Source of the DNA: Actinomycetota bacterium
GTDB taxonomy: Bacteria; Actinomycetota; Acidimicrobiia; Acidimicrobiales; JAHWLA01
Assembly (NCBI GenBank): GCA_019347595.1
Contig: JAHWLA010000004.1
Coordinates: 1 to 32,451, forward strand
Length of the DNA stretch: 32,451 bases
Direction: 5' to 3'
Below, one piece after another: positions 16,888 through 26,093 of this stretch (position 1 is the first letter of the stretch; every line of letters begins with the position of its first letter). The position numbers and the translations under genes are program-made. A model generated the notes under the pieces. The model saw only the letters and a program-made list of their open reading frames with translations, searched no databases and was not told the DNA's origin.

Positions 16888-18612
16888 ATGCGTCGAACGG
16901 ACATGCGCAATCGACTCGCCGCTCTCGCCGCCGTCTCCGCCTTTGCCGTCGGGCTCACCGCTGTGGCGCTGGTGGCCGCCCGGTCGGGCGGGGGAAGCGG
17001 GCTCCAGCGGCTGCCCAGCCTCGCCGGCGGCCGGGAGACGGCCGACATGGCGATGGCCGCAGGTGGCGGGTGGTCGCCTTCCGTCGAGTACGTGGTCGAG
17101 GGCGCGCTGCCTGCATTGCCCGGCACAGCTCCCGCGTTCCGCCTGCCCACCGACGCCGACCGTGGCGCCGTCCGCCGCCTCGCTGCGGCGCTGGGAATGA
17201 GCGGCACGGCGGTCAAGCAGCGCAGCAGCTACGTGGTCGACGACGCCGGCCGCCGCTTGACGGTGGAACTGGCGCCCGGCATGCCGTGGTACCTCTCGGC
17301 CGGCTGCCCGGACGCTCCGGTGTCGTCGCACGGCGAGGGCGTCACGGCCGCGGTGTGCACGGTGATGTCGACAGTGGTGGGGGAGCCGGCGGGGCCCGTC
17401 GCACGGCGAGCGCCCGCCGTCGGCTCCTCGTCGGCGGGCGGATCGAGCGGCTCGCCGTCCGGGTCGGCATCCGCATCGGGATCGCCCGAGGTGCGGTCGT
17501 CCGCGGTGCAACCGGCCCAGGATGCTCCGCTCCGGCCGCCCCCGGCGGAGAAGCCCGAGCCCTTGGTACGGGAGCCGCGACCGGCGCCCGACGTCCCGGC
17601 GCCGCCCGCCGACCTGCCGTCGAAGGAGGACGCCGACCGGCTCGCCCGCGCCCTATTCGAACGGTTGGGCCTCGGCACCGACACGCTGCGGCTCGAAGCG
17701 GGCACGTACTCGTGGGAGGCTTTCGTCTCGCCGCCCGTCGGCGGGCTGCCGGTGGTCGGCATGGACCACATCGTCTCCATCGGGCCCAAGGGCACGATCT
17801 CGGGCGGGCACGGCTACCTGCTCAAGGCCAAGCGCATCGGCGACTACCCGCTGGCCGGGGTGGATGTCGGCTTGGCCCGGTTGCGTGAGGGACGCGGCGT
17901 GGGGGCGAGGCCGATGGCCGACGCCGCTCTCGGCGCCATCGAGCCCTACTGCCCGGACACGGCCGACTGCGCGGCCCCGCCGCCGTCCGGCCCCGTCATC
18001 GTCACGATCACCGGCGTCCACCTCGGCCTGCAGCACGTGGCCGACGCCCTCGTGCCCGTGTACGTGTTCAAGACCGACCACGGCGGCGAGCTCGCCGTCC
18101 CCGCGGTGACCGACCGGTGGCTGGAGGAGACCAGCCCGACACGCGATGACGACGGCGAACCCGAGCCCGACATCGGACACAGCAGCGGGGCGTGCGGCGT
18201 GTCGGTGTCGGGACGAGGGGTGGACGCCGAGGGGGGCACCGACGACGTCAATGCGCCCCTGACCGTCGAGGTCTGTGTGGAGCCCGCCCGGGCCAAGGTG
18301 GGCGAGGAGGTCACCTTCACGGTGACGGTCAAGGACCCGGACGCCGAGATCTACGACGAGGTGTGCGCGGGGCCGTTGGTCGTCTTCGGCGACGAGGAGC
18401 TGGTGGCCCGCACAATGTGCGCCCACGCGTGCGACGCGGGCGGGCGAGCGCCCACCGTCACCGAGCGGAGAGCGGGCGAGCTGACCCGCACGTTCACCCA
18501 CGCCTACGCCAAGCCGGGCACGTATACGGCTCGCTTCGCCTACCGCTCGGAGCCGTGCTCGACGTGGTCGAGCTCCGGCCAGGGGACAGCCACGGTCGTC
18601 GTCGTCGGCTGA
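16888..18612 (+). CDS. Hypothetical exported/membrane-anchored protein with C-terminal PKD-like domain
   Basis: GGGGAG RBS, N-terminal hydrophobic helix, Ser/Gly and Pro linkers, paired Cys, FTHAYAKPGTYTARF; fills the ftsY-ffh gap. Confidence 0.7.
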   Translation: MRRTDMRNRLAALAAVSAFAVGLTAVALVAARSGGGSGLQRLPSLAGGRETADMAMAAGGGWSPSVEYVVEGALPALPGTAPAFRLPTDADRGAVRRLAAALGMSGTAVKQRSSYVVDDAGRRLTVELAPGMPWYLSAGCPDAPVSSHGEGVTAAVCTVMSTVVGEPAGPVARRAPAVGSSSAGGSSGSPSGSASASGSPEVRSSAVQPAQDAPLRPPPAEKPEPLVREPRPAPDVPAPPADLPSKEDADRLARALFERLGLGTDTLRLEAGTYSWEAFVSPPVGGLPVVGMDHIVSIGPKGTISGGHGYLLKAKRIGDYPLAGVDVGLARLREGRGVGARPMADAALGAIEPYCPDTADCAAPPPSGPVIVTITGVHLGLQHVADALVPVYVFKTDHGGELAVPAVTDRWLEETSPTRDDDGEPEPDIGHSSGACGVSVSGRGVDAEGGTDDVNAPLTVEVCVEPARAKVGEEVTFTVTVKDPDAEIYDEVCAGPLVVFGDEELVARTMCAHACDAGGRAPTVTERRAGELTRTFTHAYAKPGTYTARFAYRSEPCSTWSSSGQGTATVVVVG

Positions 18613-18625
18613 GCCCCCTCCCCCC

Positions 18626-18677
18626 CGATCTCGTTGCGGAAGTGCGCACGGGGGCGCGCACTTCCGCAACGAGATCG
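18626..18677. repeat. Perfect 22-bp inverted repeat (same family as 15564-15615)
   Basis: cgatctcgttgcggaagtgcgc-acgggggc-gcgcacttccgcaacgagatcg. Confidence 0.95.
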
Positions 18678-18732
18678 CTTGTGAGCAGCGCTTTCGAGCG
18701 TGCGGGGGCCGTCAACTACCCTGGCTCTCCGC

Positions 18733-20073
<1,341 letters not shown>

Positions 20074-20091
20074 ACAGGAAGAGACGCCACC

Positions 20092-20349
20092 GTGGCAGTA
20101 AAGCTCCGCCTCATGCGGATGGGCAAGAAGAAGCAGCCGACCTACCGGGTCGTGGCGGCCGACAGCCGCTCGCCTCGCAACGGCCGGTTCATCGAGATCA
20201 TCGGGACCTACGAGCCCCGCCTGGAGCCGTCGGGCGTGAAGATCGACAACGACAAGGCGGTCGGCTGGCTCCAGAAGGGCGCCCAGCCCACCGAGACGGT
20301 GGCGAAGCTGCTCAAGATCTCCGGCGCCTGGGAGCAGTTCAAGCCGTGA
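20092..20349 (+). CDS. rpsP: 30S ribosomal protein S16
   Basis: [34 protein letters not shown]. Confidence 0.97.
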   Translation: MAVKLRLMRMGKKKQPTYRVVAADSRSPRNGRFIEIIGTYEPRLEPSGVKIDNDKAVGWLQKGAQPTETVAKLLKISGAWEQFKP

Positions 20350-20681
20350 GCGACGAGCCCGTCGACGATGTCGAATACGAAGACGGCGACGTGAACCAGG
20401 TCGACGCCCACTACGAAGAAGGCGACGCCAATCAGGTGGAGGGCGGGACGGCCAAGCGGGTGCTGGAGTACGTCGCCCGCCAAATCGTGGACGACCCCGA
20501 CTCCGTCGTGGTCGAGCAGGAGCCGGGCCGCCGTGGCGTGTCGCTCCGCTTGCACGTGGCCCCCGACGACATGGGCAAGATCATCGGCAAGCGAGGCCGG
20601 GTGGCGCAGTCGATTCGCACGGTGGTGCGTGCGGCCGGTGCCCGTGACGGCAGCGAGGCCGCCGTCGACATCGTCGACTGA
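20346..20681 (+). CDS. khpA: KH-domain RNA-binding protein KhpA
   Basis: [20 protein letters not shown]; between rpsP and rimM. Confidence 0.92.
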   Translation: MSDEPVDDVEYEDGDVNQVDAHYEEGDANQVEGGTAKRVLEYVARQIVDDPDSVVVEQEPGRRGVSLRLHVAPDDMGKIIGKRGRVAQSIRTVVRAAGARDGSEAAVDIVD

Positions 20682-20685
20682 CGCC

Positions 20686-21138
20686 GTGCTCGAAGTAGGC
20701 CGAGTGGTGAAGCCCCACGGCCTGCGCGGCGAGGTGGTGGTCGAGCTGTTCACCAATCGCAGCGAGCGGATGGACCCCGGGACCGTCCTGTCCGCCCCCG
20801 GCCGCTCGCTCACCATCGAACGCTCGTCTCCTCACCTGGGCCGGTGGATCGTCACCTTCGAAGGCGTCCTGTCACGCGAGGACGCCGACGCCCTGCGGGG
20901 CACCGTGCTGTCGGCCGAGCCGCTCGACGACCCGGACGAGCTGTGGGTGCACGAGCTCATCGGCGCCGAGGTCGTCGGCGTCGACGATCGGTCGTACGGG
21001 GCGGTCACCGCCGTCGAGGCCAACCCGGCCAGCGATCTGTTGGTGCTCGAAGGCGGCGGACTGGTGCCGCTGCGCTTCGTCGTCTCGCACGGCGACGGGC
21101 GCATCGTGATCGACCCGCCGGAGGGGTTGCTCGACTAG
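20686..21138 (+). CDS. rimM: Ribosome maturation factor RimM
   Basis: VGRVVKPHGLRGEV, REDADALRG, IDPPEGLL. Confidence 0.93.
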   Translation: MLEVGRVVKPHGLRGEVVVELFTNRSERMDPGTVLSAPGRSLTIERSSPHLGRWIVTFEGVLSREDADALRGTVLSAEPLDDPDELWVHELIGAEVVGVDDRSYGAVTAVEANPASDLLVLEGGGLVPLRFVVSHGDGRIVIDPPEGLLD

Positions 21139-21473
21139 CTGCCGGGCAGGTCGAGGGCGACGACGAGCGAGCGCCCGCCCCAGTCGGCCAGTTCGCCGGC
21201 GCGGTCGTACTTCTCGACCAACAGCCTGCGGGCCAGCCCGTCCTCGGCCGGGTCGTCGACCAGCCGGAAGCGGGCGGGGTACGTCACGTCGCCGACGCGG
21301 ACGGTGACCTCCGGGCGGGCTTGCCCGTTGCGCACCCAGTCGGCGCCGTCGCCGCCGCCGGAGAGCAGGTAGAGCGTCGGCGCGTCGCCGTCCCGGCCGA
21401 ACCAGATCTCGACGGTGTGGGGGTTGCCGGTGCGTCGGCCGGTCGTGGTCAGGTAACAGAACGGCTCGGCCAT
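21135..21473 (-). CDS. Deazaflavin (F420)-dependent nitroreductase-family protein
   Basis: YLTTTGRRTGNPHTVEIWF, ADWVRN...PEVTVRVG. Confidence 0.8.
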   Translation of the reverse strand: MAEPFCYLTTTGRRTGNPHTVEIWFGRDGDAPTLYLLSGGGDGADWVRNGQARPEVTVRVGDVTYPARFRLVDDPAEDGLARRLLVEKYDRAGELADWGGRSLVVALDLPGS

Positions 21474-21492
21474 CGCTGTACGGTCTAGCGCC

Positions 21493-22482
21493 ATGCGAGC
21501 GTGGCAGGTGCACGAGCTGGGCGAACCTTCGGACGTCATGCGGTTGGTCGACGTCCCGTCGCCGTCGCCGCCTCCCGGCTCGGTGGTCGTCGAGGTCGCC
21601 GCTGCGGGCCTCAACTTCCCGGACATCCTGCTGTGCCGCGGTGAGTACCAGGAGAAGCCCGCGCTGCCGTTCACACCCGGGGGCGAGCTGGCGGGCACGG
21701 TCGTCGAGGTCGGCGAGGGCGTCGACACCCTGCGACCGGGAGACCGCGTGCTCGGGTCGCCGACGGTGGGCCCCGGCGCCTTGGCCGAGCGGACGATCGC
21801 CCCGGCCGCCGGGCTCTACGCCGTCCCCGACGGCATGTCGTGGTCGGCCGCCGCTGCGCTGCACGTGACGTACCAGACCGGCTGGGTGGCGCTGCACACC
21901 CGTGCGGGCATCCGGGCGGGCGAGACGCTCCTCGTCCACGCCGGTGCAGGCGGCGTCGGGTCGGCCGCCATCCAACTGGGCAAAGCCGCAGGCGCCCGGG
22001 TGGTGGCAACGGCGGGCGGAGCCGACAAGGTGAAGATCCTCCACGAGCTGGGGGTCGACCTCGCCGTCGACTACACCGACGAAGACTTCGTCGAGCGGAT
22101 GAAGGAGTTCACCGACGGGGCGGGCGCCGATGTGATCTACGACCCGGTGGGCGGCGACGTGTTCGACCGCTCCACGAAGTGCATCGCCTTCGAGGGCCGG
22201 CTGTTGGTCATCGGCTTCACGTCGGGTCGGATCCCCGCCGCTCGCGCCAACCACGTCCTGGTGAAGAACTACTCGGTGGTCGGCGTGCATCTGGGGCTCT
22301 ACCGCCGGAAGCACCCCGAGGTGCCCCGCACCGCGCACGCCGAGCTGACGCGTCTCTACGCCGAAGGCCTGATCGACCCGTTGGTGTCGCAGGTGGTGCC
22401 GCTCGCACAAGCGCCCGCCGCCCTCACGTCGCTCGGGTCGCGGGGCACCTACGGCAAGGTGGTCGTGGACGTCGCCACGTGA
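21493..22482 (+). CDS. NADPH:quinone oxidoreductase (zeta-crystallin/MDR family)
   Basis: GLNFPD, PFTPGGE, AGAGGVGSAAIQLGK, DVIYDPVGG. Confidence 0.9.
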   Translation: MRAWQVHELGEPSDVMRLVDVPSPSPPPGSVVVEVAAAGLNFPDILLCRGEYQEKPALPFTPGGELAGTVVEVGEGVDTLRPGDRVLGSPTVGPGALAERTIAPAAGLYAVPDGMSWSAAAALHVTYQTGWVALHTRAGIRAGETLLVHAGAGGVGSAAIQLGKAAGARVVATAGGADKVKILHELGVDLAVDYTDEDFVERMKEFTDGAGADVIYDPVGGDVFDRSTKCIAFEGRLLVIGFTSGRIPAARANHVLVKNYSVVGVHLGLYRRKHPEVPRTAHAELTRLYAEGLIDPLVSQVVPLAQAPAALTSLGSRGTYGKVVVDVAT

Positions 22483-23279
22483 GCGAGGCGAACGACGCAC
22501 CGGTCGGCGCGCTGCGCATCGATGTGTTCACCATCTTCCCGGCCGTGGTCGAGGGGTTCCTTTCGGAGAGCCTGATCGGCAAGGCCAGGCGAGCGCGGCT
22601 GCTCGACCTGCGCGTGCACGACCTGCGTTCGACGGCTGTCGATCCTCACCGCTCGGTCGACGACGCCCCCTTCGGCGGCGGAGCCGGGATGGTGTTGGCT
22701 CCGGAGCCCATCTTCGGCGCCGTCGAGAAGGTGCAACCGCCTCGGCCGTTGCTGCTGCTCGGCCCGGGCGGGCGGCGGTTCACCCAGGCGGTCGCCCGCG
22801 ACCTGGCTGCGGGCCGGCCCGGTTTCTCGCTGCTGTGCGGGCGCTACGAGGGGGTCGACCAGCGGGTCGTCGACCATCTGGTCGACGACGAGCTGTCGAT
22901 CGGCGACTACGTGCTGGCCGGTGGCGAGGCGGCCTCGCTCGTGGTGATCGAGGCGGTGGCACGGCTGGTGCCCGGCGTGATGGGCAACGAGGCGTCGGCC
23001 CACGACGAGTCGTTCAGCGACGGGCTGCTCGAGTACCCGCACTACACGAGGCCCGCCGACTTCCGTGGATGGGGCGTCCCGGACGTCCTGCGCTCGGGTG
23101 ACCACGGCCGCATCGCCCGGTGGCGCCGGGCCCAATCGTTGCGCCGGACGCTGGCCCGCAGGCCCGATCTCATCGAGGCTCGCGGCGGCCTGCGGGACGA
23201 CGAGGTGCGCCTGCTCCGGGAGCACGGCTATTCTGAGTCGTCCCCCGGGAACATCACCGAGGAGCCTCCCGCGCCATGA
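22479..23279 (+). CDS. trmD: tRNA m1G37 methyltransferase
   Basis: [44 protein letters not shown]. Confidence 0.96.
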   Translation: MSEANDAPVGALRIDVFTIFPAVVEGFLSESLIGKARRARLLDLRVHDLRSTAVDPHRSVDDAPFGGGAGMVLAPEPIFGAVEKVQPPRPLLLLGPGGRRFTQAVARDLAAGRPGFSLLCGRYEGVDQRVVDHLVDDELSIGDYVLAGGEAASLVVIEAVARLVPGVMGNEASAHDESFSDGLLEYPHYTRPADFRGWGVPDVLRSGDHGRIARWRRAQSLRRTLARRPDLIEARGGLRDDEVRLLREHGYSESSPGNITEEPPAP

Positions 23280-23626
23280 ACCCCACCGATCTGGTCGACC
23301 GCAGCAGCTTGCGCGACGACGTGCCCGCCTTCTCGCCGGGCGACCACCTCAAGGTCCACGTACGCGTGGTCGAGGGCAACCGCGAGCGCGTCCAGGTGTT
23401 CCAGGGTGACGTCATCCGTCGCCAGGGTTCCGGGGTGCGCGAGACGTTCACCGTCCGCAAGGTGAGCTTCGGCGTGGGCGTGGAGCGCACGTTCCCCGTG
23501 CACTCGCCGATCATCGCCAAGATCGAGGTCGTGCGGCGGGGCGACGTCCGCCGGGCGAAGCTCTATTACCTGCGCGACCTGCAGGGGAAGGCAGCGAAGA
23601 TCAAGGAGAAGCGGGCGGCGCGGTGA
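23276..23626 (+). CDS. rplS: 50S ribosomal protein L19
   Basis: [28 protein letters not shown]. Confidence 0.97.
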   Translation: MNPTDLVDRSSLRDDVPAFSPGDHLKVHVRVVEGNRERVQVFQGDVIRRQGSGVRETFTVRKVSFGVGVERTFPVHSPIIAKIEVVRRGDVRRAKLYYLRDLQGKAAKIKEKRAAR

Positions 23627-24303
23627 CCACGGAGGCAGCGCCTCCTGGGGGGGAGACAACGGCCGACACGCCGCACGCAATCGAGCCGGCGCCGGTCGAC
23701 CGGACGAGCGTCGCGGTGCGGACGATCCGCGAGCTGCCCGTTCTCTTCTTGGTGGCGCTCGTCATCGCCTTCCTGGTCAAGACGTTCGTGGCCCAGGCGT
23801 TCTACATCCCGTCGGGCTCGATGCTGCCCCAGCTCCAGCTCTACGACCGGGTGGTCGTCTCCAAGGTCGCGTACAAGCTCCATGAGCCGCGACGGGGCGA
23901 CATCGTGGTGTTCGACGAGCCGATTCGCGACTTCGTGCCCGAGCCGGACCACGGCAACGCCGTGGCCAAGGCGGTGAACTGGGTGCTGGAGCGGGTGGGC
24001 ATCGTGCCGCCGTCCACCGACGAGTTCATCAAGCGCGTGATCGCCCTGCCGGGCGAGAGCGTCGAGGGCAGGGACGGCAAGATCTTCATCGACGGACGCG
24101 AGCTGCGGGAGCCCTACCTCGACGCCACCGTCCGGACGGGCGCCTTCGGACCTGTGACCGTCGAAGACGGCGAGCTGTGGGTCATGGGCGACAACCGCGG
24201 CAACTCGCAGGACAGCCGGGTCTTCGGCGCCATCGACCAGGACACGGTGGTCGGACGCGCCATCGTGAGGGTCTGGCCCCTGGCCGATGCCTCGTTCCTG
24301 TAG
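23623..24303 (+). CDS. lepB: Signal peptidase I
   Basis: [30 protein letters not shown]. Confidence 0.95.
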   Translation: MTTEAAPPGGETTADTPHAIEPAPVDRTSVAVRTIRELPVLFLVALVIAFLVKTFVAQAFYIPSGSMLPQLQLYDRVVVSKVAYKLHEPRRGDIVVFDEPIRDFVPEPDHGNAVAKAVNWVLERVGIVPPSTDEFIKRVIALPGESVEGRDGKIFIDGRELREPYLDATVRTGAFGPVTVEDGELWVMGDNRGNSQDSRVFGAIDQDTVVGRAIVRVWPLADASFL

Positions 24304-24318
24304 CCCTACCATGGGCGC

Positions 24319-24612
24319 ATGAGCGCCGAGGACCTCGAACGGTACGAAACCGAGATCGAGCTCCAGTTGTACCAGGAGTACCGAGCGGTCCTTCCCATGT
24401 TCCGCTACGTCGTGGAGACGGAGCGGCGGTTCTATCTGGCCAACGAGGTGAACATGGAGGCGCGCAACAAGGACGGGCGCACCTACTTCGAGATCGAGCT
24501 CGGTGACGCGTGGGTGTGGGACATGTACCGGCCCGCCCGCTTCGTCTCGTCCGTCCGCGTCGTCACGTTCAAGGACGTCAACGTCGAAGAGCTGCCCGAA
24601 AAGGAGCTCTAG
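24319..24612 (+). CDS. DUF2469 family protein
   Basis: MSAEDLERYETEIELQLYQEY...DAWVWDMYRPARFV, actinobacterial signature. Confidence 0.93.
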   Translation: MSAEDLERYETEIELQLYQEYRAVLPMFRYVVETERRFYLANEVNMEARNKDGRTYFEIELGDAWVWDMYRPARFVSSVRVVTFKDVNVEELPEKEL

Positions 24613-24959
24613 TGACCGACGTGCGCCGGGCGCTCGGCGCCCGCGGCGAAGCGGCCGTCGCCTCGTGGTACGAGGCGCGGGGCTACGAGGTGTTGGCCCG
24701 GAACTGGACGTGTCGCGAGGGCGAGCTCGACCTGGTCGTCCGGCAGGGACGCGCGTTCGTGTTCTGCGAGGTGAAGACGCGCACGACCGATGCGTTCGGG
24801 ACGCCGGCCGAGGCCGTCACCCGTGCCAAGCAGGACCGCCTGCGCCGCCTGGCCGCCCGGTGGCTGGAGGAGGACGCCCCGGTCCGCCCTCGCGAGATCC
24901 GCTTCGATGTGGCCGCCGTCCTCGACGACGAGATCGACGTCATCGAGGGTGCGTTCTGA
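24612..24959 (+). CDS. yraN: YraN/UPF0102 family nuclease-like protein
   Basis: LGARGE, RNW...GELDLV, FCEVKTR, IRFDV. Confidence 0.92.
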   Translation: MTDVRRALGARGEAAVASWYEARGYEVLARNWTCREGELDLVVRQGRAFVFCEVKTRTTDAFGTPAEAVTRAKQDRLRRLAARWLEEDAPVRPREIRFDVAAVLDDEIDVIEGAF

Positions 24960-24982
24960 CCGCCCGGCCCTGACCCCCGCCG

Positions 24983-25180
24983 TCAGCGGCCCGGCCGCCG
25001 CCGGTGACGGTGCTCCCAGCAGGCGTGGTGCCAGTGGCGCCGCAGGTCCGGCGCTTGGCGGGGCACGACCACCAGGTGCCCGACGCCGGCCGGTATCTCC
25101 TGGTTGCACCCCGGGCAGAGGTACGCCTTGCGGGCCTCGTAGGGCTGGATGCGACGAACCTCGGCCGGCTCCTCGCTCAC
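24983..25180 (-). CDS. Small Cys/His zinc-binding protein, Rv1322-like (65 aa)
   Basis: KAYLCPGCNQEIPAGVGHLVV...RRHWHHACW. Confidence 0.78.
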   Translation of the reverse strand: MSEEPAEVRRIQPYEARKAYLCPGCNQEIPAGVGHLVVVPRQAPDLRRHWHHACWEHRHRRRPGR

Positions 25181-25290
25181 CGCGGGAGGAGCGCCCACAG
25201 GAGGAGCACGGCCACCACGGCCAAGGCCGACGCCACCAGCACATAGTCGGACGTGCGTCGCTTCTGCGGGCGATAGGGGTTGAATCCCAT
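25177..25290 (-). CDS. 37-aa single-pass membrane protein (not in ORF track)
   Basis: Manual translation MGFNPYRPQKRRTSDYVLVASALAVVAVLLLWALLPR; TGA overlaps the next GTG. Confidence 0.65.
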   Translation of the reverse strand: MGFNPYRPQKRRTSDYVLVASALAVVAVLLLWALLPR

Positions 25291-25313
25291 GGCACTCAGT
25301 ATCGTCGGCGCGC

Positions 25314-26084
25314 ATGGACACCCTGATCGTGGAGCGGTCCGGAGGCATCGTCACCGTCACCATGAACCGGCCGGACAAGAAGAACGCAGCCGACATGACC
25401 ATGTGGCGTGAACTCCAGGCCACGTTCCGGGAGATCGCCGACCGCCGCGACGACCGGGTGGTCGTCCTCACCGGTGCGGGCGGCTCCTTCTGCTCGGGGG
25501 CCGACCTGGGGGACCCGGCGACGGTGGAGCTGCACCACCTGCCCCGGATGCGCCTGATCCACTCGGTCGCCGTCGCCCTCCACCGCCTGCCCCAGCCCAC
25601 GATTGCCAAGGTCGGCGGCGTGGCCGCGGGCGCGGGCTGCAACATGGCGTTCGGCTGCGATCTGATCGTGGCGTCCGAGGACGCCCGCTTCTCCGAGATC
25701 TTCTCCCAGCGCGGCCTGTCCGTGGACTTCGGCGGCTCGTGGCTCTTGCCGCGGCTTATCGGGCTCCATCGGGCCAAGGAGCTCGCCTTCTTCGCCGACA
25801 TCCTCTCGGCCGCCGACGTCGCCGCCTTCGGGCTCGTCAACCGGGTGGTCCCTGCCGACGAGCTCGACGACTTCGTCGAAGCCTGGGCGACGCGCCTGGC
25901 TGCCGGCCCGCCACTCGCCCTGTCGATGACCAAAGCCGTGCTCAACAACTCGATCGCTCCTTCCATCGAGCACGCCCTCGAGGTGGAGGGTTACGCCCAG
26001 AGCGTCAACTTCGGCACGCAGGACGCCGGCGAGGCGATGCGAGCCTTCATCGAGAAGCGGCCGCCGACCTTCACAGGCCGGTGA
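25314..26084 (+). CDS. Enoyl-CoA hydratase/isomerase family protein
   Basis: NRPDKKNA, FCSGADL, AAGAGCNMAFGCDL, RGLSVDFGGSWLLPR. Confidence 0.9.
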   Translation: MDTLIVERSGGIVTVTMNRPDKKNAADMTMWRELQATFREIADRRDDRVVVLTGAGGSFCSGADLGDPATVELHHLPRMRLIHSVAVALHRLPQPTIAKVGGVAAGAGCNMAFGCDLIVASEDARFSEIFSQRGLSVDFGGSWLLPRLIGLHRAKELAFFADILSAADVAAFGLVNRVVPADELDDFVEAWATRLAAGPPLALSMTKAVLNNSIAPSIEHALEVEGYAQSVNFGTQDAGEAMRAFIEKRPPTFTGR

Positions 26085-26093
26085 CGATCGAGG

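Noticed and set aside
15564-18677. Composite mobile element bounded by the two palindromes
   Set aside because: Would include essential ftsY; no transposase or target duplication seen
21840-22478. Long N-terminal extensions of trmD (also mutM, gluD, sepIVA-like, rimM) in the ORF track
   Set aside because: They overlap the upstream genes; better starts exist at stop/start junctions
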